From a virus (lineage: Duplodnaviria; Caudoviricetes): a DNA stretch of 64,000 nt. The position numbers and the translations under genes are program-made. Below the pieces are notes generated by a model. It worked only from the letters and a program-made list of their open reading frames with translations, ran no database searches and had not been told where the DNA came from. The DNA lies in the IMG/VR virus record IMGVR_UViG_3300031998_000070, positions 3,713-67,712 of that record; one strand, given 5' to 3'. Shown here one piece after another: positions 54,880 to 63,901 of this stretch (position 1 is its first letter; every line of letters starts with the position of its first letter).

Positions 54880-56031
54880 ATGGCGGCAAAAAAGGTAACT
54901 AAGAAAGAATCAGCAGGAACAAAAATCTCATTAAATACTATATTATTCAAAGATATGGTAGCAAGAGCAAGAAAAGGGGCATCAAACAATTCAATTCTAC
55001 CACTTACTTCTATGATGGCTATAGAGCTGAAGGATAATACATTAACATTGACAACTACAGATATGACGAATTTCTTGTATGTTATACAGAACGACGTAAA
55101 AGGAAATGACTTTTATGCAACAGTTATGTCAGAAGTATTTTGCCAGTTAGTAGCAAAGACAACTAGCGACAATATAACATTGGAGCTGAAGGACAACTAT
55201 TTACAGTTTACCGGAAATGGAACATATAATATTGATTTGCCGGTAGAAGAAGGAGAAGTAATTAAGTTCCCAGACCCGAGAAATGATTCTACACTAGAAC
55301 AGCTCGATAATATACAGCTTAGCTCTATAACTAATATTGTTAATTCAGCAAAAGCATCTTTAGCATTAACAATGGAAGAGCCATGTCTTACAGGTTATTA
55401 TTGCGGAGGCAACTATACAATAGCTTCTGATACATATAAGCTTTGTAAGGTGGATGAAGCTTTGTGGGAGACCCCTAGACTTATACCTGCGGAGTTAATG
55501 GACTTGCTTACACTTATTACAGACAACGACATACAGGTATATGCTAATGAAGATACTTTATTGTTTACCTCTTCAAATTGCCAGGTATATGGAAAGGTTA
55601 TGGATTGCATTGATGATTATCCGGCAAAGGATATAAAAGATTTTATTGATTGTGATTTCAGATGCAGCTGTACCGTGGATAAAGCAACTCTACTTCAGCT
55701 ATTAGACAGACTTTCATTATTTGTTGCTAAAGGTGATAAGAATGAAATCAATTTATCCTTTACAGAAGATGGACTTGAAGTTTCATCAAAAGCAAGCACA
55801 GGTGTAGAGCTTGTAAAATATATAGCAAGCGACAAAGATATAGAGACATTCGCATGCGTAGCAGATATTGAAATGCTAAATAACCAGCTTAAATCTATTG
55901 CATCAGATAATGTAGAGATTCAATATCATAATGTATTACAGACACCCGATGGATCTATTGAAGATAACGCTTTAAAGTTTGTAGAAGATGGAGCAACAGT
56001 TTGCATTTCACTTATGGAGAATGAACAATGA
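54880..56031 (+). CDS. dnaN: DNA polymerase III beta-clamp-like sliding clamp
   Basis: 383 aa; NSILPLTSMMAIELKDNTLTLTTTD, FPD, ASDTYKL, DYP and ATLLQLLDRLSL follow the three-domain DnaN pattern. Confidence 0.75.
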   Translation: MAAKKVTKKESAGTKISLNTILFKDMVARARKGASNNSILPLTSMMAIELKDNTLTLTTTDMTNFLYVIQNDVKGNDFYATVMSEVFCQLVAKTTSDNITLELKDNYLQFTGNGTYNIDLPVEEGEVIKFPDPRNDSTLEQLDNIQLSSITNIVNSAKASLALTMEEPCLTGYYCGGNYTIASDTYKLCKVDEALWETPRLIPAELMDLLTLITDNDIQVYANEDTLLFTSSNCQVYGKVMDCIDDYPAKDIKDFIDCDFRCSCTVDKATLLQLLDRLSLFVAKGDKNEINLSFTEDGLEVSSKASTGVELVKYIASDKDIETFACVADIEMLNNQLKSIASDNVEIQYHNVLQTPDGSIEDNALKFVEDGATVCISLMENEQ

Positions 56032-56210
56032 AACAGATATCTAAATATTATTATGCGGATAGAGGAATGAAGTTCATGATAACTACCCAAGGAACAACAG
56101 ACCCACAATGTCGTTCAACATTTATATCTTATCCAGAAGGAGTTTTAAAAGTACCTACAGAATGGGTAGATATGGGATATGTACATGAGGTGATAGCTAA
56201 TGGCACGTAA
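56028..56210 (+). CDS. hypothetical protein
   Basis: 60-aa ORF with overlapping start/stop. Confidence 0.5.
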   Translation: MKQISKYYYADRGMKFMITTQGTTDPQCRSTFISYPEGVLKVPTEWVDMGYVHEVIANGT

Positions 56211-56991
56211 AGGATTAAGAAATATTTCAAGACTAATTGATATGGCAAAGGAAGAGCTTCCCGTAGAGGAAGCCTTCCTAGACCAGCTTATACGGTGCAT
56301 AGAGATGGAAGACGCATCCAATAAAAGAATTCCTTCCCAGACGTATAAGCCTAGTTCGATGAAATGTATTCGTAATATGTATTACCAAAGAATAGGTCAG
56401 GAACCAGATAACATTCCAGCAGATTATAATCTGATAGGTATTTGTAATTCTGGTACCGATACACATTTAAGAATACAGACAGCAATATCCTTGATGAAGA
56501 AGCACGGTTTTAATTGCGAATATGTGGATGTTGGAAAATATGTTAAAAGCAGAAACCTAGAAGATATTGAAGTTGTTAGCCAATCTGGTATGGAGACCAA
56601 GTTATTCAATAAGAAATATTGCATCAGCTTTTTATGTGACGGAGTGATTACTTATAATAAGCATTATTACATTGTTGAGATAAAGACAGAGAGTAGTTTT
56701 AAATGGAATAACAGAACAGCACCAGCAGATGAACATTTGAACCAGATAACATCTTATTCACTATCATTAGGCATACCACAAGTAATCTTTATCTACATCA
56801 ATAGAGACAACTTAGCAATGAAAACATATCTATATGAGCCTACAGATGAAATGAAGAACAACTTAATAGGACTTATTGAGAACTGCGAATCTTATGTAAG
56901 CAAAAATAAAGTTCCACCTAAGCCTAGCGATGTGGATAGAAAAATATGTCAATATTGCAGTTATAAATCAAGTTGTAGAAAAGAGAGGTGA
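56200..56991 (+). CDS. Cas4/RecB-like PD-(D/E)XK exonuclease
   Basis: PSSMKCIR, GTDTH, CDGVI...IVEIKT, Q...Y and C-terminal CQYCSYKSSC. Confidence 0.8.
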   Translation: MARKGLRNISRLIDMAKEELPVEEAFLDQLIRCIEMEDASNKRIPSQTYKPSSMKCIRNMYYQRIGQEPDNIPADYNLIGICNSGTDTHLRIQTAISLMKKHGFNCEYVDVGKYVKSRNLEDIEVVSQSGMETKLFNKKYCISFLCDGVITYNKHYYIVEIKTESSFKWNNRTAPADEHLNQITSYSLSLGIPQVIFIYINRDNLAMKTYLYEPTDEMKNNLIGLIENCESYVSKNKVPPKPSDVDRKICQYCSYKSSCRKER

Positions 56992-56994
56992 TAT

Positions 56995-57531
56995 ATGGGA
57001 GTAAATAGGGGGAAGAAATTTGAAGAAGTTATAGCAGAAAGTTTTAGACGAGTTAAAGATACCTCTGTAACAAGACTACATGACCAAACGAATGGATATT
57101 TAGGTTCTTCCAATGTATGTGATTTCTTAGTATTTAGAAAACCTTATCTGTACGCTATAGAATGCAAGTCAGTACATGGCAACACTTTCAGTATATACAG
57201 CAAACCTAAGAAAGACAAGAATGGTAGATTACATGGATTTTATGGTGCTATTACAGATAAGCAATGGGAAGGGTTGCTGGAGATGTCCCAGATAACAGGA
57301 GTATTTGCTGGAGTTATTGTTTGGTTCGTGGACAAAGATGAAACAATCTACTTTGATATTAACTTGTTGAAACGTTGGAGAGATGCGGGGAATAAGAGTA
57401 TTCATTCATACCCGGAATGGATAGAGTATGTTGAGGGAAGACATGACTGGGAGTATATAGCAGGCAATAAGAAGCGTGTATTTTTTGATTACGATATGGG
57501 CAAATTCTTTAAGGAGATGGAACATGGCTAA
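56995..57531 (+). CDS. recU: RecU-like Holliday junction resolvase
   Basis: NRGKKFE, CDFL, AIECKS and ITDKQWEGL. Confidence 0.75.
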   Translation: MGVNRGKKFEEVIAESFRRVKDTSVTRLHDQTNGYLGSSNVCDFLVFRKPYLYAIECKSVHGNTFSIYSKPKKDKNGRLHGFYGAITDKQWEGLLEMSQITGVFAGVIVWFVDKDETIYFDINLLKRWRDAGNKSIHSYPEWIEYVEGRHDWEYIAGNKKRVFFDYDMGKFFKEMEHG

Positions 57532-58042
57532 TATATATGATGAAACTGATAGGAGTGTAATACGGAAGAATCAGCATATGGTGGAAGAGGATTTTCAACA
57601 GCTTAATGCAATTATAGAACGTATCATTAAACCCTATTGTAAATCCTTAGACGATTCTATAAAACAGATTACGAAGGCACTACATGATATCCACAATCCA
57701 CCTACCACTACAGAGTTAGACTACTATTGTATGCACCTATCAACGGATATATATTGGGCAGCAAGTATGAGTGAGCAACTAGGTATTAAGGACGATATAA
57801 GCAAGGCAATATATAAAGAGACTTATAATAGAGTCAGAGATACCAGTGAAGGAACTGTGGCAGATAAGAACACATTAGCAGAATTAAGTTCCCAGCAAGA
57901 ATATTTGACTAATGTCTGCTATAGTAGAGCATATCGTATAATGAAATCCAAGGTAGAAAATGCGCAAGAATTATTGCAGTCAATTAAGAAGGTATTATCC
58001 CACAGAATTAGCGAACAAGAGCTAACAAGGATAGGAGGTTAA
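57524..58042 (+). CDS. coiled-coil protein, possible UvsY-like recombination mediator
   Basis: Helical; directly upstream of recA. Confidence 0.4.
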   Translation: MANIYDETDRSVIRKNQHMVEEDFQQLNAIIERIIKPYCKSLDDSIKQITKALHDIHNPPTTTELDYYCMHLSTDIYWAASMSEQLGIKDDISKAIYKETYNRVRDTSEGTVADKNTLAELSSQQEYLTNVCYSRAYRIMKSKVENAQELLQSIKKVLSHRISEQELTRIGG

Positions 58043-58043
58043 C

Positions 58044-59072
58044 ATGGCAACATCTAAAATGGATGAACTCATTAAGGCGATGAATAAGAAAGCCGGAGAG
58101 GAAATTGTAACTATTGGAATTAGCAATTACGATTACGAAAGAATACCATTTACTTCACCTAGAATGAATTATTGTACATTTGGAGGCATTCCGGTAGGTA
58201 AGATAATTGAGTTCTTTGGTGAAGAGAGTAGCGGAAAGACTACCACAACCTTAGACGTAATTGCTAACTATCAGAATGGCAAAGATACACGTCCTGTTCT
58301 GTATGTAGATGCAGAGAATACACTTGATACGAATTGGGCAGAGAAGCTTGGAGTAGAAGTAAGCCAGTTAATCATTATGCAACCCAAAGGGCAGTCGGCA
58401 GAGGATATATTTCAATTTATATGTGATAGCGTAGAGACTGGAGAGATTGGATTTTGGGTAATTGATAGTTTAGGTGCTCTAATGTCTAAGCAAGAACTTG
58501 AGAAGGAAATGGACGAAAAAACATATGCAGGTATTTCCCAAGCACTAACACGTTTTTCCAAAAAGATAGAAATGTTGAACGCACAGCATAACTGTACAGG
58601 AATTGGCATTAACCAGGAACGTGCAGATCTAAATAACCCATATGGAGGGGTGACAACACCTGGAGGAAAGGCATGGAAGTACCATTGCAGTATGAGGTTG
58701 CGATTCAGCAGAGGAAAGTTTTTCGACGAGAACCACAATGAACTAACTAATAGAAGTGCAGAGACCCCATATGGTAATATAGTACAGATGGCTATTGTTA
58801 AGACGAAGGTATGTGCTCCAACGAGGAGAACAGGATTTTATACACTAACATATACAGAAGGAATTGACTATTTAAAGGATCTTATAGATGTAGCCATTAA
58901 ATATGGAATAATTGATAAGCACGGAGCATGGTTCACTATACTAGATACTGAGACCGGAGAAATCTTAAAGGACAAAATACAAGGACAACAAAGTGTATTT
59001 GATTTACTGGATGCAGACGAAACATTACTGCAAAAAGTAGAGGAATTGGTAGAAAAATGTATGAATAATTGA
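58044..59072 (+). CDS. recA: RecA/UvsX-like recombinase
   Basis: GGIPVGKIIEFFGEESSGKTT, YVDAEN, VIDSLGAL, INQER and TPGGKAWKY. Confidence 0.93.
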   Translation: MATSKMDELIKAMNKKAGEEIVTIGISNYDYERIPFTSPRMNYCTFGGIPVGKIIEFFGEESSGKTTTTLDVIANYQNGKDTRPVLYVDAENTLDTNWAEKLGVEVSQLIIMQPKGQSAEDIFQFICDSVETGEIGFWVIDSLGALMSKQELEKEMDEKTYAGISQALTRFSKKIEMLNAQHNCTGIGINQERADLNNPYGGVTTPGGKAWKYHCSMRLRFSRGKFFDENHNELTNRSAETPYGNIVQMAIVKTKVCAPTRRTGFYTLTYTEGIDYLKDLIDVAIKYGIIDKHGAWFTILDTETGEILKDKIQGQQSVFDLLDADETLLQKVEELVEKCMNN

Positions 59073-59077
59073 ATTAG

Positions 59078-59121
59078 ATCGCCTGGAAGCCAGTCATATA
59101 CTGGGTTTTGGGCGATTTTTT
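59078..59121 (+). terminator. intrinsic terminator
   Basis: ATCGCCTGGAAGCCAGT-CATAT-ACTGGGTTTTGGGCGAT followed by TTTTT. Confidence 0.75.
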
Positions 59122-59138
59122 GTTTATTTAAAAAAGGA

Positions 59139-59171
59139 TTGTACTTTTTGATAACATTTAGTATAATGTTT
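59139..59171 (+). promoter_or_regulatory. sigma-A-type early promoter, copy 3
   Basis: TTGTAC-17 nt-TATAAT; AACATT-tagtat-AATGTT; continues TAATGTAAGTATGA as in copy 1. Confidence 0.8.
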
Positions 59172-59230
59172 AATGTAAGTATGAACTTTTTTATATCACA
59201 CCACTTAATTTTAACCAAGGAGGAAATCAT

Positions 59231-59389
59231 ATGTATGTAAGACCTTATACACCAATAAAGGAAATTGAACAGGAAATCAAGAAGTTAGAGCAAAGACTAG
59301 AAAGCGAGTTGTTAACTTGGCAGGACAGAGAAATGATACACGAAGAACTTGATTACTTAAATAGCTTTATTCCACAGGAGGTTGGTTGA
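59231..59389 (+). CDS. small early protein (52 aa; not in ORF track)
   Basis: AAGGAGG RBS; MYVRPYTPIKEIEQEIKKLEQRLESELLTWQDRE... Confidence 0.7.
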   Translation: MYVRPYTPIKEIEQEIKKLEQRLESELLTWQDREMIHEELDYLNSFIPQEVG

Positions 59390-59586
59390 TTATGGCAAAG
59401 TTCGAGATTGCATGGGATGTTTTAAAGGGTGTAGCGAAATACCGTCAGGTATATGAAGCCGAAAGTTTTGGACAGGCAAGAATTAAGTTTTTCAAAGAAC
59501 ATAATTTCGAAACTAACGAGATATCGCATGTTTGGAAAATGGATGATGAAGGCAATCGTATAGAGAAGATATATAGTAGATATTAA
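59386..59586 (+). CDS. hypothetical protein
   Basis: 66-aa ORF with an RBS. Confidence 0.6.
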   Translation: MIMAKFEIAWDVLKGVAKYRQVYEAESFGQARIKFFKEHNFETNEISHVWKMDDEGNRIEKIYSRY

Positions 59587-59593
59587 GGAGGTA

Positions 59594-59836
59594 TTGGATA
59601 TGTTTAAGATTTATGTGCGCGGCAAAGAGAAGCTTGGTAAGTATTACTGCATGGATTGCAAGAAGTGGTTTGATGTACCGGTGACAGAAGAAGTGGATGA
59701 ACCTAGAGGAGAATACTGGGGGATGGCGTGTACTGAGAGAGTTTTCTACCAATACTGCCCAGAATGTGGAAGTGCAGATATTGAGGAAGCTAAGCATATT
59801 GAATTGTTTGTTGATGATGAGGAAGAAGAGTTATGA
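59594..59836 (+). CDS. zinc-ribbon protein
   Basis: CMDC...CPECG. Confidence 0.7.
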   Translation: MDMFKIYVRGKEKLGKYYCMDCKKWFDVPVTEEVDEPRGEYWGMACTERVFYQYCPECGSADIEEAKHIELFVDDEEEEL

Positions 59837-60021
59837 GTACAGTAGTTGAAATACTTATGAAGAGAGACGGACTTACTGAGCGCGAGGCACAAGAGACTGT
59901 GGACAATGTTCGGGAAATGATAGCAGAGGCGTTCGAGTGCGGATGTTATAGTGAAGTAGAAGACATAGTAATGAGCGAGTTAGGTCTAGAGATGGACTAC
60001 ATAGATGAGTTGTTATTTTAA
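59833..60021 (+). CDS. small acidic protein
   Basis: ILMKRDGLTEREA...LGLEMDYI. Confidence 0.65.
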   Translation: MSTVVEILMKRDGLTEREAQETVDNVREMIAEAFECGCYSEVEDIVMSELGLEMDYIDELLF

Positions 60022-60033
60022 GGAGGCAATAAG

Positions 60034-60303
60034 ATGAGAAAAACATGGGCTCCAGAACGCAAATGGGTAATTTCTAAAATGGAAGATTATTTCGAGCAGC
60101 TTTGCAGGGATAATGATTACGATATTACAGGGTATCAGGAATATATTAGCAAGACAATGTTTCGAATTGAGAAGAACGGTGTAGAGATAGAATATTGTAT
60201 ATATCACGACCGTGGCGGTAGGCGTGAAGCAGAATTGGCATTCTGGGACATGGTAAGATGTTATGAAATGAAACTTGAGTATTATAGATTGATGAGGGTA
60301 TAA
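60034..60303 (+). CDS. hypothetical protein
   Basis: 89 aa, AAGGAGG RBS. Confidence 0.6.
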   Translation: MRKTWAPERKWVISKMEDYFEQLCRDNDYDITGYQEYISKTMFRIEKNGVEIEYCIYHDRGGRREAELAFWDMVRCYEMKLEYYRLMRV

Positions 60304-60305
60304 GA

Positions 60306-60884
60306 ATGTTAACGATGTTTAAAGACTGGAAGGGTCCGGTAGAGATTAACGGAACAGAATATAAGACTATAGATGACGCATTTACCAACGTTAATTTAGA
60401 GGGAGGAATGCAATTTCGTATAAAATTACTTCCAAAGATTAAAACTCCCAAAAAACCGGATGGTAGCGTTGAATCAGAGGTGAAAAAGGAAGTGCGCATC
60501 AAAGTTAAAAAGTATATGACCCAGAAGGCAAGCCCAGAATTTGATTTCATGGCAAAATGGAACAATAATAACCCAATGCCACTTCGTATAATGACTGGCA
60601 CTATAGAGAAGCAGACTAGAGGAATGTATTACATGAAGTTGCATGGTGATATGTACGCAGAGCAAATGTGTACTTGCATGAAATGTGGAAAGCAACTAAC
60701 TAACAAGATATCACAGTATGTAGGTTTAGGTCCAGAATGTGGTTCAGTTATTCATATGTCTTTAACGGAAGCAGATTTAGCAGAGATTGATACTTTAGCA
60801 AAAGAAGCAAAAAAGCGATTAGCTAAGGTAGAGTGGTGCGGGTGGATTATCAAAAGTTCTATAATAAAAGAAGAGGAAGTATAA
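60306..60884 (+). CDS. protein with a DUF6011-like zinc finger
   Basis: CMKCGKQLT...GLGPECG. Confidence 0.7.
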   Translation: MLTMFKDWKGPVEINGTEYKTIDDAFTNVNLEGGMQFRIKLLPKIKTPKKPDGSVESEVKKEVRIKVKKYMTQKASPEFDFMAKWNNNNPMPLRIMTGTIEKQTRGMYYMKLHGDMYAEQMCTCMKCGKQLTNKISQYVGLGPECGSVIHMSLTEADLAEIDTLAKEAKKRLAKVEWCGWIIKSSIIKEEEV

Positions 60885-61031
60885 TATGGAAGAGGTATAG
60901 TGGATTGCCCTAACTGTTGTGGCACTGGTAAGGAATTTAATTTCCTGTTAGGTACTTCAAGACAGTGTGTAATTTGCCATGGAGTTGGTAAATTGCAATT
61001 ATTTCGGCAATTATCAGAAAGGAGAATGTAG

Positions 61032-61259
61032 ATGAAAAGACCGATTGAAAATTTAAAGAAGTTGCAAGAGGATGCTGATAAAGAACATAAGGATTTACTG
61101 ATTGAGTGCGATATGTTACAAGGCAATATCAATCGTATGATGGTTACAGATGATGCAGAGGAATTGCTGAAAATGTTTGCCTTTGCTCACAAGCGATTGG
61201 GCAATATATTTTGGGCGAATAGAGCGAGGATAAGTAATGACAAACGAAGAGATTATTAA
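61032..61259 (+). CDS. hypothetical protein
   Basis: GNINRMMVTDDAEEL. Confidence 0.6.
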   Translation: MKRPIENLKKLQEDADKEHKDLLIECDMLQGNINRMMVTDDAEELLKMFAFAHKRLGNIFWANRARISNDKRRDY

Positions 61260-61545
61260 CGAGATTAGATGCCTGTTATCTGAATTAGATAATGGAGAAG
61301 ATGCAGTATCTTATTTAACACAGAATGATATAAAGTGGCTCAATAAAAACATCAAAGCATTAGAGCAAGATACAAAGACAGAGCAATTTGCAAAATGGGT
61401 AGCAACAGAAATATTTGACGATATGTGGGAATACAATAAAGATGCTTTTGCAGAAATTGCTTGTCGGAAATTGGCAAAGTTGGGCATTGTCAGAGCAAAA
61501 GGTGATGAATGGGAGTTGGTTGAGCCCCAGGAAAGTGAGGAATAA
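61237..61545 (+). CDS. hypothetical protein (modular array)
   Basis: MTNEE...IKALEQ...EPQESEE. Confidence 0.65.
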   Translation: MTNEEIINEIRCLLSELDNGEDAVSYLTQNDIKWLNKNIKALEQDTKTEQFAKWVATEIFDDMWEYNKDAFAEIACRKLAKLGIVRAKGDEWELVEPQESEE

Positions 61546-61821
61546 ATGACAAGAGAAGAAATCATTGATTTTTGTGAAATGAAATCACAGTTAGAGCCAG
61601 AAAACGAGGATATTTTTAACTATATAATAAAGTTACTAGAGCAAGAGCCAAAGACCAATGTGCTTGACAAGATAAGAGCCGAGATAATCGAAAAGTATTG
61701 GGATTGCGATATATGCAAATATAACGGTCACTTTAACATAAAAGGAGATATAAACGATGTATTGCAGATAATTGACAAATATAAGGCAGAAAGTGAGGCA
61801 GAAGATGGAAATGACATTTAG
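61546..61821 (+). CDS. hypothetical protein (modular array; paralogue of 62976-63278)
   Basis: MTREEIIDFCEMKSQLEPENEDIF...LDKIRAEI...IIDKYKAESE. Confidence 0.7.
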   Translation: MTREEIIDFCEMKSQLEPENEDIFNYIIKLLEQEPKTNVLDKIRAEIIEKYWDCDICKYNGHFNIKGDINDVLQIIDKYKAESEAEDGNDI

Positions 61822-62509
61822 TAACTTATGCGATTCCTGTACAAATATCGGATGTGAATTTCAATCTGGCATTGTTAGGACGAAATGTGCTTTTTATATG
61901 CCACCACAGTTAGAACCAAATAACTGCGGAAATTACGTAGTCCAAAAGCCAACTACTATGAATGATTTAGGAGTTGATTGTATATCAAGAACAGAATTGC
62001 TCAAAGCTATGGATACTTGGGATAAGTTCGGCTATACCGCACGATATGGACTAGAGCGATTAGATAAAGATGATAAAGATTTTGTGCCTTATGTTAAGTA
62101 TGAAGATATGGTTAATTGTGTAAAGGGTATGCCCTCAGTAACACCACAAGAGCCTCAAGACTTTAAGTGGTGTACAGATTGTAGAGAGCACGACCAAGAA
62201 AAGCATTGTTGCCACAGATGGAGCAAAGTCATTAGAGATACTATTGAGGAAATGAAGCAAGAGTCAAGATGGATTCCTGTTAGTGAGAGATTGCCCGAAG
62301 AAAAGATAAACCCTATCACCGAAGATTATTCTGAATATCAATGTACGGTTCGATTTGGTAATCTGTATGATGTTCGTTCATACAAATATGGCGAAGGGCA
62401 TTGGCGACTTGGAGCAGGAATTGTTGATGATTACGTTATAGCATGGCGCGAGTTACCCGAACCATATAAGGAGGGAATAAATGAAATTAGCAATGTACAT
62501 ACCCGATAA
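61772..62509 (+). CDS. multi-module protein with a DUF551-like C-terminal domain (start probably near 61811)
   Basis: Cys-rich N-terminus; WIPVSERLPE...VIAWRELPEPY. Confidence 0.7.
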   Translation: MTNIRQKVRQKMEMTFSNLCDSCTNIGCEFQSGIVRTKCAFYMPPQLEPNNCGNYVVQKPTTMNDLGVDCISRTELLKAMDTWDKFGYTARYGLERLDKDDKDFVPYVKYEDMVNCVKGMPSVTPQEPQDFKWCTDCREHDQEKHCCHRWSKVIRDTIEEMKQESRWIPVSERLPEEKINPITEDYSEYQCTVRFGNLYDVRSYKYGEGHWRLGAGIVDDYVIAWRELPEPYKEGINEISNVHTR

Positions 62510-62753
62510 GAATTTTCGTGAAATCCTTAACGGCTTCCTGTCGAATGAGTCAAAGCGTAAATTAAGGAATGCAATCAAGAATGGCATAGCGCTCCCCGAC
62601 AATGCAACTAATGGGGATGTGATTAAGACGATGTTCCCTGATTTATTGAATATAGGGCACAGTCAAGGTTTCACTTATTACGGGTCAATGAGATTCAGTA
62701 CGGATTGGTGGAACGCACCATATAAGAGAGGTGAAGATAATGCAAGCACTTAA
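62481..62753 (+). CDS. hypothetical protein
   Basis: IKNGIALPDNATNGDVIKTMFP...WWNAPYK. Confidence 0.65.
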   Translation: MKLAMYIPDKNFREILNGFLSNESKRKLRNAIKNGIALPDNATNGDVIKTMFPDLLNIGHSQGFTYYGSMRFSTDWWNAPYKRGEDNAST

Positions 62754-62979
62754 ACCTAAACTAGAAAAAGGAAAGTTGCCAACTGTGACAGGCAGACCAC
62801 GTCTAGGATATTTAAACTCTTTATATTGTCCTGTTTGCGGAAAACATCTTACGTCGTTTTATGACGGAGACAATCTTCCGAACAGAGAGGATAGGTTTTA
62901 CATATCCGAAGAATGGAATTATTGCTCAAAATGCGGACAAAAAATAGATTTTAGCGAATATCGGAGAGGTAAAGAATGA
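62731..62979 (+). CDS. zinc-ribbon protein
   Basis: CPVCG...NYCSKCGQKID. Confidence 0.7.
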   Translation: MKIMQALKPKLEKGKLPTVTGRPRLGYLNSLYCPVCGKHLTSFYDGDNLPNREDRFYISEEWNYCSKCGQKIDFSEYRRGKE

Positions 62980-63278
62980 CAAGAGAAGAAATCAAAGATT
63001 TTTGTGATATGAAAGCTCAGCTGGAGCCCGAAAACGAGGATATATTCAAAGCAATTGTAAAGATGCTAGAGCAAGAGCCATTCAAGCCTATGATAGAAAT
63101 AGACCTCTATTCGGTAATCAAGCAGAAATATATTGAGCGTGAAATGCTTGACAAGATAAGAGCCGAGATAGAACAAAACGCATATCCGATAGTACACGGA
63201 GTAAATAATCGTGAATTAGGAATGACACTATACGGAATATTGGAGGTTATCGACAAGTACAAGACAGAAAGTGAGTGA
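62976..63278 (+). CDS. hypothetical protein (modular array; paralogue of 61546-61821)
   Basis: MTREEIKDFCDMKAQLEPENEDIF...LDKIRAEI...VIDKYKTESE. Confidence 0.7.
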   Translation: MTREEIKDFCDMKAQLEPENEDIFKAIVKMLEQEPFKPMIEIDLYSVIKQKYIEREMLDKIRAEIEQNAYPIVHGVNNRELGMTLYGILEVIDKYKTESE

Positions 63279-63502
63279 TAGGGAATGAAATACATAGCAC
63301 TATTTATATTTATCTACGGAATTTACTGGCTTGGGTATTATCGTGGTTACAATAGCAGAAAGTGAGGGGTAAATGGAAAAACTAATATCAATCCTCGTAT
63401 GGCTTGACATGAAATTATATAAATGCACTCATAAGCAGTGGACGGGCATAGGAGGGTATTGGATAGCTTATGGGAAGATAGATAGAAAGCGAGGGATAAG
63501 GA

Positions 63503-63901
63503 ATGAAGATAAGCGAAATCATCACAGATAAATATAAATTGCGCATATCGCCAACAGTTTATTATGACTTACTTGCTGATGTGGTGGAGATTGAAGAGCA
63601 AGAGCCTTGCGAGGATGCAGTAAGTAGAAAAGCAGTAATCAATCAGATATTCTATTCTACCGACAATAATGGTGATGTTGTTCTAGGTTCAGCACTAAGA
63701 GAACGAATTGCAAGATTGCCCTCAGTAACACCACAAGAGCCAAAGACGGGGCATTGGATAGAAGAGTTTAATGACCTAGAGGGTGAAGTGAGATTTACTT
63801 GTAGTAGTTGTGGAAAGTATCAACTATTCGGAACTGACTTTTGCTATCACTGCGGCGCAAAGATGATTGAACCACAAGAAAGTGAGGATAAGGAGGGCTA
63901 A
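63503..63901 (+). CDS. modular protein with a C-terminal zinc ribbon
   Basis: EQEPCEDAVSR...LPSVTPQEPKTGHWI...CSSCG...FCYHCGAKM. Confidence 0.7.
   Translation: MKISEIITDKYKLRISPTVYYDLLADVVEIEEQEPCEDAVSRKAVINQIFYSTDNNGDVVLGSALRERIARLPSVTPQEPKTGHWIEEFNDLEGEVRFTCSSCGKYQLFGTDFCYHCGAKMIEPQESEDKEG

Larger units (their letters stand above)
61531..63887 (+). repeat. dispersed gene-boundary repeat GAAAG(T/C)GAG(G) and shared 25-26-nt blocks
   Basis: Copies at 61531, 61789, 63267, 63358, 63485 and 63878; TGCTTGACAAGATAAGAGCCGAGATA at 61661 and 63145; TGCCCTCAGTAACACCACAAGAGCC at 62130 and 63717. Confidence 0.75.

Noticed and set aside
56200-56991. Cas4 as evidence of a CRISPR-Cas system
   Set aside because: It is a stand-alone phage PD-(D/E)XK nuclease in a recombination context, with no cas1/cas2 or array.
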